DNA from: a virus
Lineage: Duplodnaviria; Caudoviricetes
IMG/VR virus record: IMGVR_UViG_3300037249_001405
Span: 128,001-192,000 of that record
Direction: 5' to 3' (one strand)
DNA length: 64,000 nt
Shown in pieces: positions 9,965-23,016 of the stretch; the stretch's first letter is position 1; each line of letters starts with the position of its first letter. A program made the position numbers and the translations under genes. A model generated the notes under the pieces. That model worked only from the letters and a program-made list of their open reading frames with translations. It searched no databases and was not told where the DNA came from.

Positions 9965-11155
9965 ATGGCAACAAAATTCCAAGCCAAGAACATCACGTTC
10001 AAGGCTAAAAGTATCAACAGCCACGTCAACAAAGACTACGTGGCTGAGATGGCATTAGCGGCAGCTAATGACTACGTTTCTGATCCCAACAACATTGTTG
10101 ATGTCAGAAAGCATAATTTCTTCGTCATTCAAAACGAAGAAATTCCCGTTCAACGTTACATGCTGAACGAACTCAAAGATCCTGAAGCTATTGAGCTCAG
10201 AATCCGTCAGGGACATAATGGCAAGGTTTCTCTTCTTACAAGGAAGAGCAACGTTAAAACCGTTATGACTACAAAGAGGGTTAGAATAACCTGGATGTTT
10301 GACAAAAACAGCCAGTTTAAGTCTATCCTTGTCATTAACGCTCAGCCTGAGCGTGAAGACAACCCTCAACTTTATTATTCGGAATTCTGTCCGAATAAAG
10401 AAGTAGAGGATGAGAATGGCTATAAAACAATGCCATATTTGACCTGGGAAAAGGATCAGATAATGGCATGGTTTATGGATACCACCAAGAACCGCGGATG
10501 TGTACTTGCGGTATCGGACGAGGAGTTCGATAAGTCAGCACCGTGGATTCGCGGAGATGAATTTTTCTATCCTGAAGCGAAAAAGGAGGAGAAGAACGAG
10601 TGGAAGGAGCATAGTATAGCCCAGTTCATGGCTTATAGGGATATTACTGATGATATTAGTAATCTCATTCAATATCTTTATGAATACGAAATAGACAAAA
10701 ACGAACAAGCGCCATTCTTACTTAACAGAAGTAAGCGCGAAATTGAATCAGTTTTGTCTATCAAAGCGGATCCTGATAACCTTGATGACATTCTTAAGAT
10801 GTACCCGTACATTGGGGAAGGTTGTTCGCAAAGATCAATTGAAGTTATTAAATTAAACAAGGAAGCTTTCCTTGATTTGGTTAATAATGTCGATCACATT
10901 GTCACGAAGGCCGTAGAGGCGGCTTATAACAATCCTCACTGCTGGGGAGAGCCGTTCGATGACGAGGACGAAGAGGAAGCATTCCAAGAATGCGGCCCTG
11001 AACTCGACTTTGAGACTGAATTTGATAATTGGAAATCCTCTGACGAGGGTGAAAAGTACTCCCCAAAGTACAAAACTCTCGTCAAATTGATCATAGAGGG
11101 ATTTTCTGAGAACGAACTCTTCTCTGAGAGTTGGATGGACTGGATCGAAGAGTAA
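9965..11155 (+). CDS. hypothetical protein
   Basis: long ORF; ATG at 9965 preferred over the upstream TTG. Confidence 0.8.
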   Translation: MATKFQAKNITFKAKSINSHVNKDYVAEMALAAANDYVSDPNNIVDVRKHNFFVIQNEEIPVQRYMLNELKDPEAIELRIRQGHNGKVSLLTRKSNVKTVMTTKRVRITWMFDKNSQFKSILVINAQPEREDNPQLYYSEFCPNKEVEDENGYKTMPYLTWEKDQIMAWFMDTTKNRGCVLAVSDEEFDKSAPWIRGDEFFYPEAKKEEKNEWKEHSIAQFMAYRDITDDISNLIQYLYEYEIDKNEQAPFLLNRSKREIESVLSIKADPDNLDDILKMYPYIGEGCSQRSIEVIKLNKEAFLDLVNNVDHIVTKAVEAAYNNPHCWGEPFDDEDEEEAFQECGPELDFETEFDNWKSSDEGEKYSPKYKTLVKLIIEGFSENELFSESWMDWIEE

Positions 11156-11159
11156 ATTT

Positions 11160-11522
11160 ATGGAAGAACTTCTTAAATTTTACGAAGCGATGATGAAACA
11201 TCGCTTCGGAACTGGCTTTTCAGCCTGGGTTATTACAATCGCTTGTAATAACTGTGGTTATAATGTCATTGAGACAAATGATCTCAAAGAGGACATTAAC
11301 CAAGCAACAGCGTTTATCAAAACTCCCTCCGGACATATCGGAGTGCGAGTTCATAACGCACAGTCATTTACAGCAAGGTTCATTCCGAGTAAATGCTGCT
11401 ACCCTGGCAAACATGATGAATATGAAGTATCATATTCACTCAAACCGGGACAGATAGTAGAAGCCGCTGACAGAAATAGCGGAATCGTAATAAATACTAA
11501 TACTACACCCTTTCTCAACTAA
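11160..11522 (+). CDS. hypothetical protein
   Basis: 120 aa, coupled to previous gene; terminator 11546-11581. Confidence 0.7.
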   Translation: MEELLKFYEAMMKHRFGTGFSAWVITIACNNCGYNVIETNDLKEDINQATAFIKTPSGHIGVRVHNAQSFTARFIPSKCCYPGKHDEYEVSYSLKPGQIVEAADRNSGIVINTNTTPFLN

Positions 11523-11704
11523 TAGAAGGGAGTAGTATTACCAAAATATAGAAAGCTTTTTGAGCTTTCTATATTTTTTTTGCTCCCTCTAAATTAATGA
11601 AAGAGAATAAGGTAAGGTTGAATTTCTTATAACTGAACTTGACAGATCAGCTTTATAGCTGATTAATAATATAGAATTTTCATTAATAACTACATAATTT
11701 AAAT

Positions 11705-13057
11705 ATGGCTAAAAAGAAAAAAGTTGATTTAACACCAACACAAGTTGTTGATAACCCTCCTATTGATGTTGCAGTAGGAGAGTTAATGGCTAGGAACTTT
11801 AATGAGTTTAGTAGATATGCTATTAATCACAGGGCGGTTCCTGTTTTGTATGATGGCTGTAAAGATTCTTATAGAAGATTGTTATGGGCAGCTATATTAA
11901 TGTATAAAGCTGGAACACTTTCACCAGCAGAAACTCTTGTAAAATCTGTAGCAAGATGGCATCCTCACTCAGTAGATGGTTTGGATGGTACTATGGCATT
12001 ATTTGTTCATTCAGGAGTTTTTGTTGGAGAAGGAGCTTTTGGTGGTGTAAATATAGCAGACGGTGAAATGGATCCTTGTGCTGCTCTTAGGTACCTCCAT
12101 ATTGGGTTATCCCCAACCTATCATAAGTTGTTGGCAGATTTAATGAAGGAAGTACCAATGGTTGAGTCACCTGTTGGTGAACCAGAACCTCTATTTATAC
12201 CTTTCCCTCTACCTTTATCCTGTTGTTTGAAGTCTGATGTTATGGGTCTATCTTCTGTAAGAACGGTTATTCCATCGTTTGAACCTTGGTCTTTGTATCA
12301 GGCTTATGTTAATGATGATCCTAACTTACTGAAGGTTAACTCGAATATTAATATTGATTATGCTAACAGTAATCTAAATGATATTTGGGAAAAAGGTAAA
12401 GGAAAGATTACGTATTATTATAACGTAACTCCAGTGAATAATGGAGTATTATTCGAGGGAGATACTTGGAAGTTCGTTCCGAACTGGAACAATGAAAAAT
12501 ATCAGAGATTATTAGAGGATGGTAAAATCTATCAACAGGATTTAACTGATATTAATGGACCTAAAGCTTTTATTGGAGTTGTTCCTGGAGCTAGAGGTAT
12601 AACTCAAAACGATGTAATAGATTTGGCTAAGGAAATGTACTTTACTACAATCAATTACCAAATTATGATTACATCCGATGAGTCAGCTAAGCCCATTCCA
12701 CTGAAGAAATGGGTTGATATAGTTTTCAGGAACTATGTTGATTTGTTAATAAAAGCAAACAACAGAAAGATTGAAGAGTGTAAGTTTGACATTAGTGTTC
12801 AAGAGGCTATTCCAGATTTCAGTAATTATGTTCTTAATGTTAACCCAAAAGCAACCGATCAAGAAATTGCTAAAGCAATGGGTTATACTCCTGAAATGAT
12901 AAAAGCTCTAAATGGCAAAACATTAGCTACATTAAGGAAGAACTCAGAGAACAAGGAAATGATGAAATCAATCATGGATAGTTTGCAAAAGAGATTAAAT
13001 AATTTAATGTCATTTGATCCAATAAAAACAGCGGAAGAAATTATAAAACAGATGTAA
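11705..13057 (+). CDS. type IIA DNA topoisomerase subunit A (GyrA/ParC/T4 gp52-like, no CTD)
   Basis: RAVP..YDGCK..YRR, WHPH and catalytic AALRY motifs. Confidence 0.88.
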   Translation: MAKKKKVDLTPTQVVDNPPIDVAVGELMARNFNEFSRYAINHRAVPVLYDGCKDSYRRLLWAAILMYKAGTLSPAETLVKSVARWHPHSVDGLDGTMALFVHSGVFVGEGAFGGVNIADGEMDPCAALRYLHIGLSPTYHKLLADLMKEVPMVESPVGEPEPLFIPFPLPLSCCLKSDVMGLSSVRTVIPSFEPWSLYQAYVNDDPNLLKVNSNINIDYANSNLNDIWEKGKGKITYYYNVTPVNNGVLFEGDTWKFVPNWNNEKYQRLLEDGKIYQQDLTDINGPKAFIGVVPGARGITQNDVIDLAKEMYFTTINYQIMITSDESAKPIPLKKWVDIVFRNYVDLLIKANNRKIEECKFDISVQEAIPDFSNYVLNVNPKATDQEIAKAMGYTPEMIKALNGKTLATLRKNSENKEMMKSIMDSLQKRLNNLMSFDPIKTAEEIIKQM

Positions 13058-13059
13058 TT

Positions 13060-13596
13060 ATGATTTATTTAAGTGGATTAGACTCAATCATAGAATCAAT
13101 ATATCTCAGTGATTTGATAAGTACTCAAATTGGTAAGGCACAGATTTTTGTTAATCCCAACCAGAGATTAAAGTACTTAACCAACAAAACTATTATAATA
13201 ACAAATAATGATTATTCGGTTGATTACATTAATCAATTAGTGGATGGTGGTAATAAAGTTATATCTAGAGTTTATTTTAATACGGATAAGGTTGAAATTC
13301 AGCCATATATTATCCGTATTAATGATAAAATTAGGTTTAATGGTAGAGAAATTACTGAAGATAGTATAGAAAAGATAGATGATATCCTTCTAAAAGGATA
13401 CGGAGAGTATGACGAGAAAGAAAAGAGATTATACTTTCCAAAAATAAAAATAATGGATAAAGAGACTGATCCATATATGGATCAGTATAATAATCTAACG
13501 GGTCTAGGTTGGGCACTTCATCAAGTTGGCGTTAATATGAAAGATGGACCGCTTGTTAATTTAGACCTTCTGAAATTAAAAAAGGTTATCATTTAA
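13060..13596 (+). CDS. hypothetical protein
   Basis: 178 aa, coupled to the topoisomerase gene. Confidence 0.75.
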   Translation: MIYLSGLDSIIESIYLSDLISTQIGKAQIFVNPNQRLKYLTNKTIIITNNDYSVDYINQLVDGGNKVISRVYFNTDKVEIQPYIIRINDKIRFNGREITEDSIEKIDDILLKGYGEYDEKEKRLYFPKIKIMDKETDPYMDQYNNLTGLGWALHQVGVNMKDGPLVNLDLLKLKKVII

Positions 13597-13691
13597 GGTA
13601 GTCAAATTCTCAATACAGAATATAAAGAGAGGAATTACCTCTCATACAGTTAATTTTTATTATTTAATTATTTTTAATACTTATCAACTAA

Positions 13692-14978
13692 ATGGAAAAT
13701 TTAACAGATGTAATGAGTAGGCTAAGCCAGCTCGAGGTACAAGCTCAGAAGAAAGGAGCAACAACTCAAAAGGATGCATCTCGCGGTAAAGTCGAGTATG
13801 TTCACTTTGGTGATTCAAATCAGCAAGGTAGTTATTTGATTGTTCCTTTGCCAAATCCTGTAACTGGAGCGCTTCCTTATGTGCTCTTGAAGGATGTAAA
13901 GCAGTTTAAGGTAAATAAACAATTCGGTGATAAAACTTATCAATATACGAGAAAGATATTGCCTGCTACTGCTTTCGATATTTACGATCCTAATACAGGA
14001 AGAGTTATCTCGCCGTTGACTAATGATGACTTAAATCTGATTCAGGAGGCTACTAAACTGTGGAGTGATCTCTACAGAAAGCTTGGTGGTTATAAGAAAC
14101 AAGCTGATAGAACTCCGGATGAGCAAAGAATTCTTATGGACAGCAATAGTCCTAAGAATAAAAACTACACAATCTTTAATGGTTATGTAATTAATCGTTA
14201 TGAAGGTAATAACTTGAGGAAAGTTATTAAGTCTAATTATGGTGCGCTTATTGTAGTACCGTCAGCTGCTATGATTGACTCAGTAAATGAGAATATTTCT
14301 CAGACTTCTACAATCACTTATGGTGGTAAGAATGATTGGGTTAATGATATCTATAACTTTGACCTTGAGCATCGAAAAGGTAGCATTATGCTAACTGTAA
14401 ATCGTCAGCTAGGTTATAAGATTACCGTAGCTCATAATGTATCAGCCACAGTAATTGATATTAATATGTCAGATGAAGAGAAAGCTCTCATGTCTAACAA
14501 TCCTGTAGAGAACTTTATTGGTTTGAGCAATATTCCTCAGGAGGAACTTAGTAAAGCTCCTGGTCAGAGAAAGTTGTTCAATCCTGATTACTACTTAGAT
14601 ATGATTAGTGAGCTTAGGACATTGAACGCTGAGTTCGATGGTGGTATGCAAAGCGCTGGACCTGCAGCTGAACCTCAGAGAGGTCCAATTCAAGGTAGCA
14701 TTGATCCATTCTTAGCTGCTAATCCGAAAGCAGAAGTACAGCAGCAACCAGTTCCTGGTGCTACAGCAGTACAGAACGCATTCTCTCAGGCACAGCAACA
14801 GGCAACTCACATAGATCCAATGGCTAATAACGGCGGAAATATGTTTGGTGGTTTCGGACAGCAACCTCAAGCACAACCACAACCAGCTTCAACACCTTTC
14901 CCTAATCCGTTCGCTAATGTACAGCAACAAGTGAACAACGTACAGCAAGGTGGAAATGGTAATAACCTTCCCTTCTAA
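13692..14978 (+). CDS. putative single-stranded DNA-binding protein
   Basis: Q/P/N-rich disordered tail ending NNLPF (SSB-Ct-like), position in the replication block. Confidence 0.55.
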   Translation: MENLTDVMSRLSQLEVQAQKKGATTQKDASRGKVEYVHFGDSNQQGSYLIVPLPNPVTGALPYVLLKDVKQFKVNKQFGDKTYQYTRKILPATAFDIYDPNTGRVISPLTNDDLNLIQEATKLWSDLYRKLGGYKKQADRTPDEQRILMDSNSPKNKNYTIFNGYVINRYEGNNLRKVIKSNYGALIVVPSAAMIDSVNENISQTSTITYGGKNDWVNDIYNFDLEHRKGSIMLTVNRQLGYKITVAHNVSATVIDINMSDEEKALMSNNPVENFIGLSNIPQEELSKAPGQRKLFNPDYYLDMISELRTLNAEFDGGMQSAGPAAEPQRGPIQGSIDPFLAANPKAEVQQQPVPGATAVQNAFSQAQQQATHIDPMANNGGNMFGGFGQQPQAQPQPASTPFPNPFANVQQQVNNVQQGGNGNNLPF

Positions 14979-15057
14979 ACGAAGTTGATTAGTTGAATTT
15001 ATTGATAGGTAAGACAATGCGCTCTTACCTATCTTTTATTTTTAATAAAATTAATAA

Positions 15058-16101
15058 ATGAATAGATATAAATATGCTCTGGTTGATATGTCTTACATTC
15101 TTGTAAGAAATCTAAAAGCAATATCAGCTGGTAAGCAAGTTGGAGAGTATAATGAGGGTGAAGTATTAAGAATAACAATACAAACCATAAAAAAGATAGT
15201 AAGAGAATATGGAATAACCGCGGATAAATATATATTCATTTATGATAAATGGGATAAAGAAATAAACGGTTATTATAGAACATACTGTCTAAAGGATTTT
15301 GTAGCATATAAAGGTTCAAGAGTTTATGTAAATGAAGCTTACGTAAGAAGACTAGAACAAGAATTAGCTAACATAGATCCGGCAAATACAGAAGAGATAG
15401 AAAAGAAAAAGAAAGAAATAGAAACAGCGAAAAAGGAAGCTTATGAAAATCAGGTAAAATATAACGCTAAAGTGGCTATGATTAATGATTTTCCAAAAAT
15501 AGGTCTCCCTTGTCTGGGTCTAGAAGGTTGGGAATTTGATGATTTAGCTTGGTTATCAACATGTTTGTTGTTTAGTGAGACTGATAATAGGACTAGTATA
15601 ATTATAACAAAAGATACGGATCTCCAGTACTCATTATCTCCAAAGATGGATTATTTCAAAATTCCAACAGGAAAAAGTACACCAAAAATTATTACATACG
15701 AAGAGATGATTAAAACCATCCCACAATCAATTTCAAGTAGAGGAGTAACTTTATATAATTATAAAGCATACTTAGATTCACTTGGTACAGGTCACAATGA
15801 TATGAAACCTACTGTTATTTCAAAGAATTCTATAGAAGATATCATACTTCACATACTTGATGGTGATTACAGCGATGTAAATAAAGAACAGTTCTTAGCA
15901 CAATTTAACTCATTTGATCTTCATAATTTTCCAAGATTAGATCAAGCATTCAATATAATAAATAACGACTACAAGTCTTACGGCCATTTGGGTGATATTA
16001 ATCAATTCCATGAATTCTGTAATAAATATAACATCAATTCAATCAGAGATCAATATTACCTCGAATTAATTCAAGGTTTTAATCCCTTACTTTTCTCATA
16101 G
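15058..16101 (+). CDS. 5'-3' exonuclease / T4 RNase H-like (FEN/PIN fold)
   Basis: LVD, YKGSR, EFDD, TKDTDLQ, GHND acidic motifs. Confidence 0.85.
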   Translation: MNRYKYALVDMSYILVRNLKAISAGKQVGEYNEGEVLRITIQTIKKIVREYGITADKYIFIYDKWDKEINGYYRTYCLKDFVAYKGSRVYVNEAYVRRLEQELANIDPANTEEIEKKKKEIETAKKEAYENQVKYNAKVAMINDFPKIGLPCLGLEGWEFDDLAWLSTCLLFSETDNRTSIIITKDTDLQYSLSPKMDYFKIPTGKSTPKIITYEEMIKTIPQSISSRGVTLYNYKAYLDSLGTGHNDMKPTVISKNSIEDIILHILDGDYSDVNKEQFLAQFNSFDLHNFPRLDQAFNIINNDYKSYGHLGDINQFHEFCNKYNINSIRDQYYLELIQGFNPLLFS

Positions 16102-16133
16102 ATAGTAAGAAACATTAATTAAAATTAACAAAT

Positions 16134-16376
16134 ATGGCAGCAGACGTAATTCAAATCTCCAGTGACAAGGGTCTATTTGCATATGACCCTTCCACTGAGA
16201 GAATTTTTAGGGACAATCAATTAATGCCAACCGATGAGGCTACACCAGTTTATGCCTATTTTGGTAAAAAACATTTACCTCAATTTGCTGGTATTTATTT
16301 GAGAAGTCTTAATGTAGTATTAACCCTCTCTGGTAATGCACAAACAATAACCGGAGATGAAAATCTAATCCAATAA
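16134..16376 (+). CDS. hypothetical protein
   Basis: 80 aa ORF in operon. Confidence 0.7.
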   Translation: MAADVIQISSDKGLFAYDPSTERIFRDNQLMPTDEATPVYAYFGKKHLPQFAGIYLRSLNVVLTLSGNAQTITGDENLIQ

Positions 16377-16867
16377 TGTTAACGTTATCTGATATTCAAG
16401 GAATGTCTGAACAAGCAAGACAAGAAAAAGCTCAAGCTTGTTCAGTGAACTTAGTTCAGACTTATCACACGCTTGTTGATAAGCCGATTGATGATAGATT
16501 CAAGTCAATGTTTTCTGGAAAGAATACACTTCTAACTTATTTATTAACATTTAAGTTTGAAGTAAAGTCGGCTGAATCTAAGAAGATCCACAAGGTATTT
16601 ATTCAAGTAAACCCAGATTTTGATATAAAATATTGGGAAGGTAATAAGTGTAAAATAGCTTGTGATTGTGAAGACTTTAAGTATCACGCAGTATTCTATC
16701 TAAAGCAATATGATAGTTTATTTACTACTGATAAGTTGAAGGTAACTTATGCACAATCACTAAACAAAGCTCCTGCAAGTACGGCGTCTACAATTTCTTG
16801 TAAGCATTGTATTGCGGCATTGAATTACTTGATTAATAATTATCAACAATTAATGAGAACCCTTTAA
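16376..16867 (+). CDS. SWIM zinc-finger protein
   Basis: CDCEDF...CKH motif. Confidence 0.75.
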   Translation: MLTLSDIQGMSEQARQEKAQACSVNLVQTYHTLVDKPIDDRFKSMFSGKNTLLTYLLTFKFEVKSAESKKIHKVFIQVNPDFDIKYWEGNKCKIACDCEDFKYHAVFYLKQYDSLFTTDKLKVTYAQSLNKAPASTASTISCKHCIAALNYLINNYQQLMRTL

Positions 16868-16883
16868 AAAAGTATACATAAAT

Positions 16884-19718
16884 ATGATCATTGGAATAGT
16901 TTCAGACATTCATATTCATGCATACCCAAACAGGAACCCTGAGAACAATCTTTATAGGTTGCTCCAGGGTTCTCGTCTTGTGTCTCAGAATATTATAGAA
17001 GTCTTTAAACAAAATGGATGTGAGGCAGTTATATTTGCCGGTGATATAGTTGAGAAATCAATTATACGTCCTTATGTTCAAGCGGAAATAAAATATTTTC
17101 TAGATACAATTATGTCCAATTTCAGAGGAGGTTGGATTATTTGGGGAAATCATGATTTGGATAGTAAGAGTGCAGTACAAACCGTAACGGATTCGGTTTT
17201 AGGTGTTATATTACCACCTAATTTGATATATGCACACCAACAGATTGTTAATATAAATGGAACAACCTTAGCATTTTCTAACTGGCAACCTGAGTTTGAT
17301 CTAAGTTGGATTCAAAACCCAGTAGATTTTCTTATAACCCATGCCAGAATAAATTATTCGAATGCTAGTAATTTCCAGCCACAACAGTTAGACGAAAGTA
17401 AATTTAATTTAGCTATATGTGGTGATATACATTATCCCGGTACAAAGGGGAAGTTTGTTTCTATAGGTGTTCCTCAAATGTGTAAATTATCAGATAGTCC
17501 TGACTCAACTGGAGTTATCTTGAACACAGATACAAAGGAATGGAAATGGGTTGATTTAAATCCTCACAAAAATCTTCTTAAATTTGTTAGCACAGATAAG
17601 CTAGATTGGGATAACAAATGGGATAAATCAACACTTACATACTACATTTATAGTAAACCTACTGTCATAGATCCTAATACAGGTATTAATGTTTCTGTGC
17701 CTGTATGGTCTGATATACAAGTCTTAATAGACTCTTCTATTGTTTCTAATAGTTTAGAAAACGTTCATAACGAAGTACTAAAATATATAGACAGGTTTGA
17801 TTATCAGGATGTGGATTTTAATTTTACATTAACTAAATTCTCCTGTAAAAATTGGAGAAGTATAGATGACTGTACTTTATATTTTGATGAAGGGGATAAA
17901 ATATTAATTCAAGGGGCTAACGGTAGCGGAAAAAGTAGTTTATTATCCGCTATTAAATACGCTTTTGTTGATGTTTCTGATACAAAGGGATTATCTTCTC
18001 TAAAGCCATTTATTCAATTTGGTACGAAAGATTGTTGGACAGAAGTAGAGTTTATTTACCAGAATAACATTTGTCGAATAAGGAGAGGTACAAAAGAATT
18101 TGGACTATGGATAAATAACGAACAAATGAAATATAATGATAAAAAATCATTTGAAGCAGATGTTCGTATGAGATTTCCGTTTATTAAATTTATGGATATA
18201 TTTTTCTTAGATGCTGACCATAATCAGCTTATAGGCAGTATGTCTGTAGAGAAAAAATCCCAAGTTATTTCTGGAGTATTAAAATTATCCAAAATTGACG
18301 TATATAATAATATAGCTGCTAATTTGCTTGATGGTGTGAAGAAAAATGGAACAGAATTAAATAACCAAATAAAGCAAATTAATAAAGTTCTTGAATTTAT
18401 TAATGATAAATTAGCTAGTCCAATGTATACTCAGTTACCCAGCATTAGTTATAATCAATTAGTAAATCTTAGAAATGAAGGATTGAAAATTGAACAAGAT
18501 AATAATGCGTGGGTGGAGTATCAAAAACTAGTACAGCCTCTTCAAGAAAAGGTTAATGTACTAAAGGCTGAATTAAAAAAGCTAAATGCTGAAAAGAAAA
18601 AATTCAGACCAGAAGTAGATATTAATAATGAAATTGCTAATTACCAGAATCAAATTAGTAATTTACAAAATCAAATTATTGAGTTAAGCAATTTAAAAAC
18701 CCAAATTGAGTACAAAGAGGCTGAACTTAATAAATTGAAAAACGAGGGAAACCAAGCATATATCGATGCTAATAATATAACAATGAATAGCAGATGTAAG
18801 ACTTGTGGTCAACCTATAACTACCTCTGATACTTTAATGGCTCATAAGAATGAGTTATTGAGAAAAGTAGAAGAAATTAGGCAGATTGTAGTACCTCTCT
18901 CTGAAGAAATCAATAATTTAAAAGCTAGTTGGGCACAATCAGAAAACATTTATAACCAGCTAACGAATAATATTAATGATTTCAATACTAAAATATCTGA
19001 ATTAAGAGCAGAACTTTTAAATCAAGGTAAGGTTGAAAAATCCCTTGAAAAGAATGATAAAGATTTAAAGAAGTGTCAGCAACAAATTCAGCAAATACCA
19101 GTAGTTAAACAGGTAGATCTTCCTGATGATTTCCGTGCTAAAATGGAAAAAATTAAGGATGATATTATAATCTGGGAAAACTATGAGGGTCTTGTTCAAG
19201 ATAAAACAAGAAATACTAATGATATTAACAATATCAAACAAGATCTTGATAAATTATCTGTTATAGCAAACGAATTAGAACGCTATATAAAATTAACAGG
19301 TCCTGCTGGTGATATTTATAGTGCTATTTTGAACAAATTAGCAAATGAATTTTCAGATAATCAGGTCAAGTATGAAGTTAGAAAGTACAACAATAGAGGA
19401 GAACATTTAAATCTAGAATCTATGTACTATAATAACGGAAACTGGGTTGATTATGAGGCATGTAGTAGTGGTCAAAAGACTGTTCTTGATGTTCACTTCC
19501 TCCAGAAAATTATACCACGAATTGGTGTATTAATTATGGATGAATTCTTTAAACATCTTGATCCAGAAAACCACGATGCTTGTATAGAAGCTTTAAGTAA
19601 TATGAATATTGGATGTACTATGATAAGTTCTCACATGGAATCTATAGCTGCTTTCAATAATAAATCATGTAAATTATCACTTAATGCGAGTGGTTTAACC
19701 CAAATAGAGTACAAGTAA
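16884..19718 (+). CDS. Mre11/SbcD nuclease - Rad50/SbcC ATPase fusion
   Basis: DIH, GD, GNHD, GDIH phosphoesterase motifs; GANGSGKS Walker A, CKTC Zn hook in coiled coil, SSGQ signature, IMDE Walker B, SH. Confidence 0.92.
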   Translation: MIIGIVSDIHIHAYPNRNPENNLYRLLQGSRLVSQNIIEVFKQNGCEAVIFAGDIVEKSIIRPYVQAEIKYFLDTIMSNFRGGWIIWGNHDLDSKSAVQTVTDSVLGVILPPNLIYAHQQIVNINGTTLAFSNWQPEFDLSWIQNPVDFLITHARINYSNASNFQPQQLDESKFNLAICGDIHYPGTKGKFVSIGVPQMCKLSDSPDSTGVILNTDTKEWKWVDLNPHKNLLKFVSTDKLDWDNKWDKSTLTYYIYSKPTVIDPNTGINVSVPVWSDIQVLIDSSIVSNSLENVHNEVLKYIDRFDYQDVDFNFTLTKFSCKNWRSIDDCTLYFDEGDKILIQGANGSGKSSLLSAIKYAFVDVSDTKGLSSLKPFIQFGTKDCWTEVEFIYQNNICRIRRGTKEFGLWINNEQMKYNDKKSFEADVRMRFPFIKFMDIFFLDADHNQLIGSMSVEKKSQVISGVLKLSKIDVYNNIAANLLDGVKKNGTELNNQIKQINKVLEFINDKLASPMYTQLPSISYNQLVNLRNEGLKIEQDNNAWVEYQKLVQPLQEKVNVLKAELKKLNAEKKKFRPEVDINNEIANYQNQISNLQNQIIELSNLKTQIEYKEAELNKLKNEGNQAYIDANNITMNSRCKTCGQPITTSDTLMAHKNELLRKVEEIRQIVVPLSEEINNLKASWAQSENIYNQLTNNINDFNTKISELRAELLNQGKVEKSLEKNDKDLKKCQQQIQQIPVVKQVDLPDDFRAKMEKIKDDIIIWENYEGLVQDKTRNTNDINNIKQDLDKLSVIANELERYIKLTGPAGDIYSAILNKLANEFSDNQVKYEVRKYNNRGEHLNLESMYYNNGNWVDYEACSSGQKTVLDVHFLQKIIPRIGVLIMDEFFKHLDPENHDACIEALSNMNIGCTMISSHMESIAAFNNKSCKLSLNASGLTQIEYK

Positions 19719-19801
19719 AAAATATGATAACCAAGTAACTAAAATTACTTGGTTATCTTTTTATACCCATTAAATCCTAATAACTGAAATAAATTAACTA
19801 A

Positions 19802-21814
<2,013 letters not shown>

Positions 21815-21820
21815 TCGCTT

Positions 21821-21911
21821 GAGACTCTTATATATGAAGAAATATTCAGAGCCAATTTTGGCCGCCCATGAACCGCAGTGATGCGCCGGGCGGCTTTTAT
21901 TTTTTTTTTTC
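21821..21911 (+). ncRNA. candidate small RNA unit (promoter + GC-rich hairpin + T-tract)
   Basis: gagactcttatatatgaa promoter motif followed within ~25 nt by gccgccc..cgca-gtga-tgcg..gggcggc and a long T-tract. Confidence 0.4.
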
Positions 21912-22008
21912 TTTCCTTCAAACCCTTATTTATGAAGAAAGTATAAATGTAATTATATTTTCTTCAATTTATTTTTCAAGATATTAATTAAGTAAAAAAC
22001 TATTTATT

Positions 22009-22611
22009 ATGGCAGAAAAAATATTAAATGAGGAAGAACTTCCCTTCCCCAAATTCATGAAGAATGCTGTTTTCGGTGAACAGTTTCTCATGAAAGAACC
22101 TTACTACGGGGTAGCCACATACCTTGAGTCTGTAGTAAGGCACGGGTATTACACATTTAGGTTTGCACCTGTCTATGTAGACCCTTTTAGAGAACGGATT
22201 AGTAGAGGATTTATAACCGATTTCGTAACGAAATCAGAAAAAGAAATCCTTATTAATCCGGATCACGGACAAGAAATAATTGGAAAATTGAATGGTACGT
22301 TCAATTTTCAGAAAATGTATGAGCTTCACGCCATTAGTGTCATTCTGAGCAACCATACGGATTGCCTAGACAGGACCGAAACTGACGTGGAAATACATGG
22401 CTTCTTTTCTCACATCCGACCCGAAATTCTCGGAGTTCTTGAGAAAAAGAGCAAACTGGCTAAAGAATTTATAGCCAGACTTTCTGAAAGAGAAAGAAAT
22501 TGCTGCTTCAGCAGACAAGACGCTGAATGGAAAGCCTTTAGCAGTGTAGACTGGAAGAAGGAACTCCAGAACTGTGGCTTAGATCTTTCAGAATATTTAA
22601 CTATCTTTTAA
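22009..22611 (+). CDS. hypothetical protein
   Basis: 200 aa, leader element at 21918-21988. Confidence 0.75.
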   Translation: MAEKILNEEELPFPKFMKNAVFGEQFLMKEPYYGVATYLESVVRHGYYTFRFAPVYVDPFRERISRGFITDFVTKSEKEILINPDHGQEIIGKLNGTFNFQKMYELHAISVILSNHTDCLDRTETDVEIHGFFSHIRPEILGVLEKKSKLAKEFIARLSERERNCCFSRQDAEWKAFSSVDWKKELQNCGLDLSEYLTIF

Positions 22612-22623
22612 ACTGACATAAGA

Positions 22624-23016
22624 ATGAAAAGTTTAAAAAAGTACAACCGAAAAAACCCTTGGCTTGAGGTAGGTCAGGGTGAATACACGGTATTCAGAAA
22701 TTACGTAAAATTTGCGGAAAATGATGCCGATGATTTTTATGGATATTCAGTAAATCCATTTTACTGTTATATTCTGCCTTTAACAAAATTTAAGACTCCT
22801 TACTGGAATACAACACATTTTTGTATTTCTAGTGTAGATGATTGGGGTATTCATGCCACATTCAATTACGCTATGACCAGAGAGGAAGCTACGAAACTTT
22901 GTAGGGAGTTCATTAGAAGTTTCAAAAGAACCTCTAGAAGTTTCGGTGGTCTTACACAAGACCACTTTGAAGAATTCTTCAGAGAAAAAGGAGCTGATGA
23001 GATATCCCGAGGGTAG
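22624..23016 (+). CDS. hypothetical protein
   Basis: 130 aa ORF. Confidence 0.75.
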   Translation: MKSLKKYNRKNPWLEVGQGEYTVFRNYVKFAENDADDFYGYSVNPFYCYILPLTKFKTPYWNTTHFCISSVDDWGIHATFNYAMTREEATKLCREFIRSFKRTSRSFGGLTQDHFEEFFREKGADEISRG

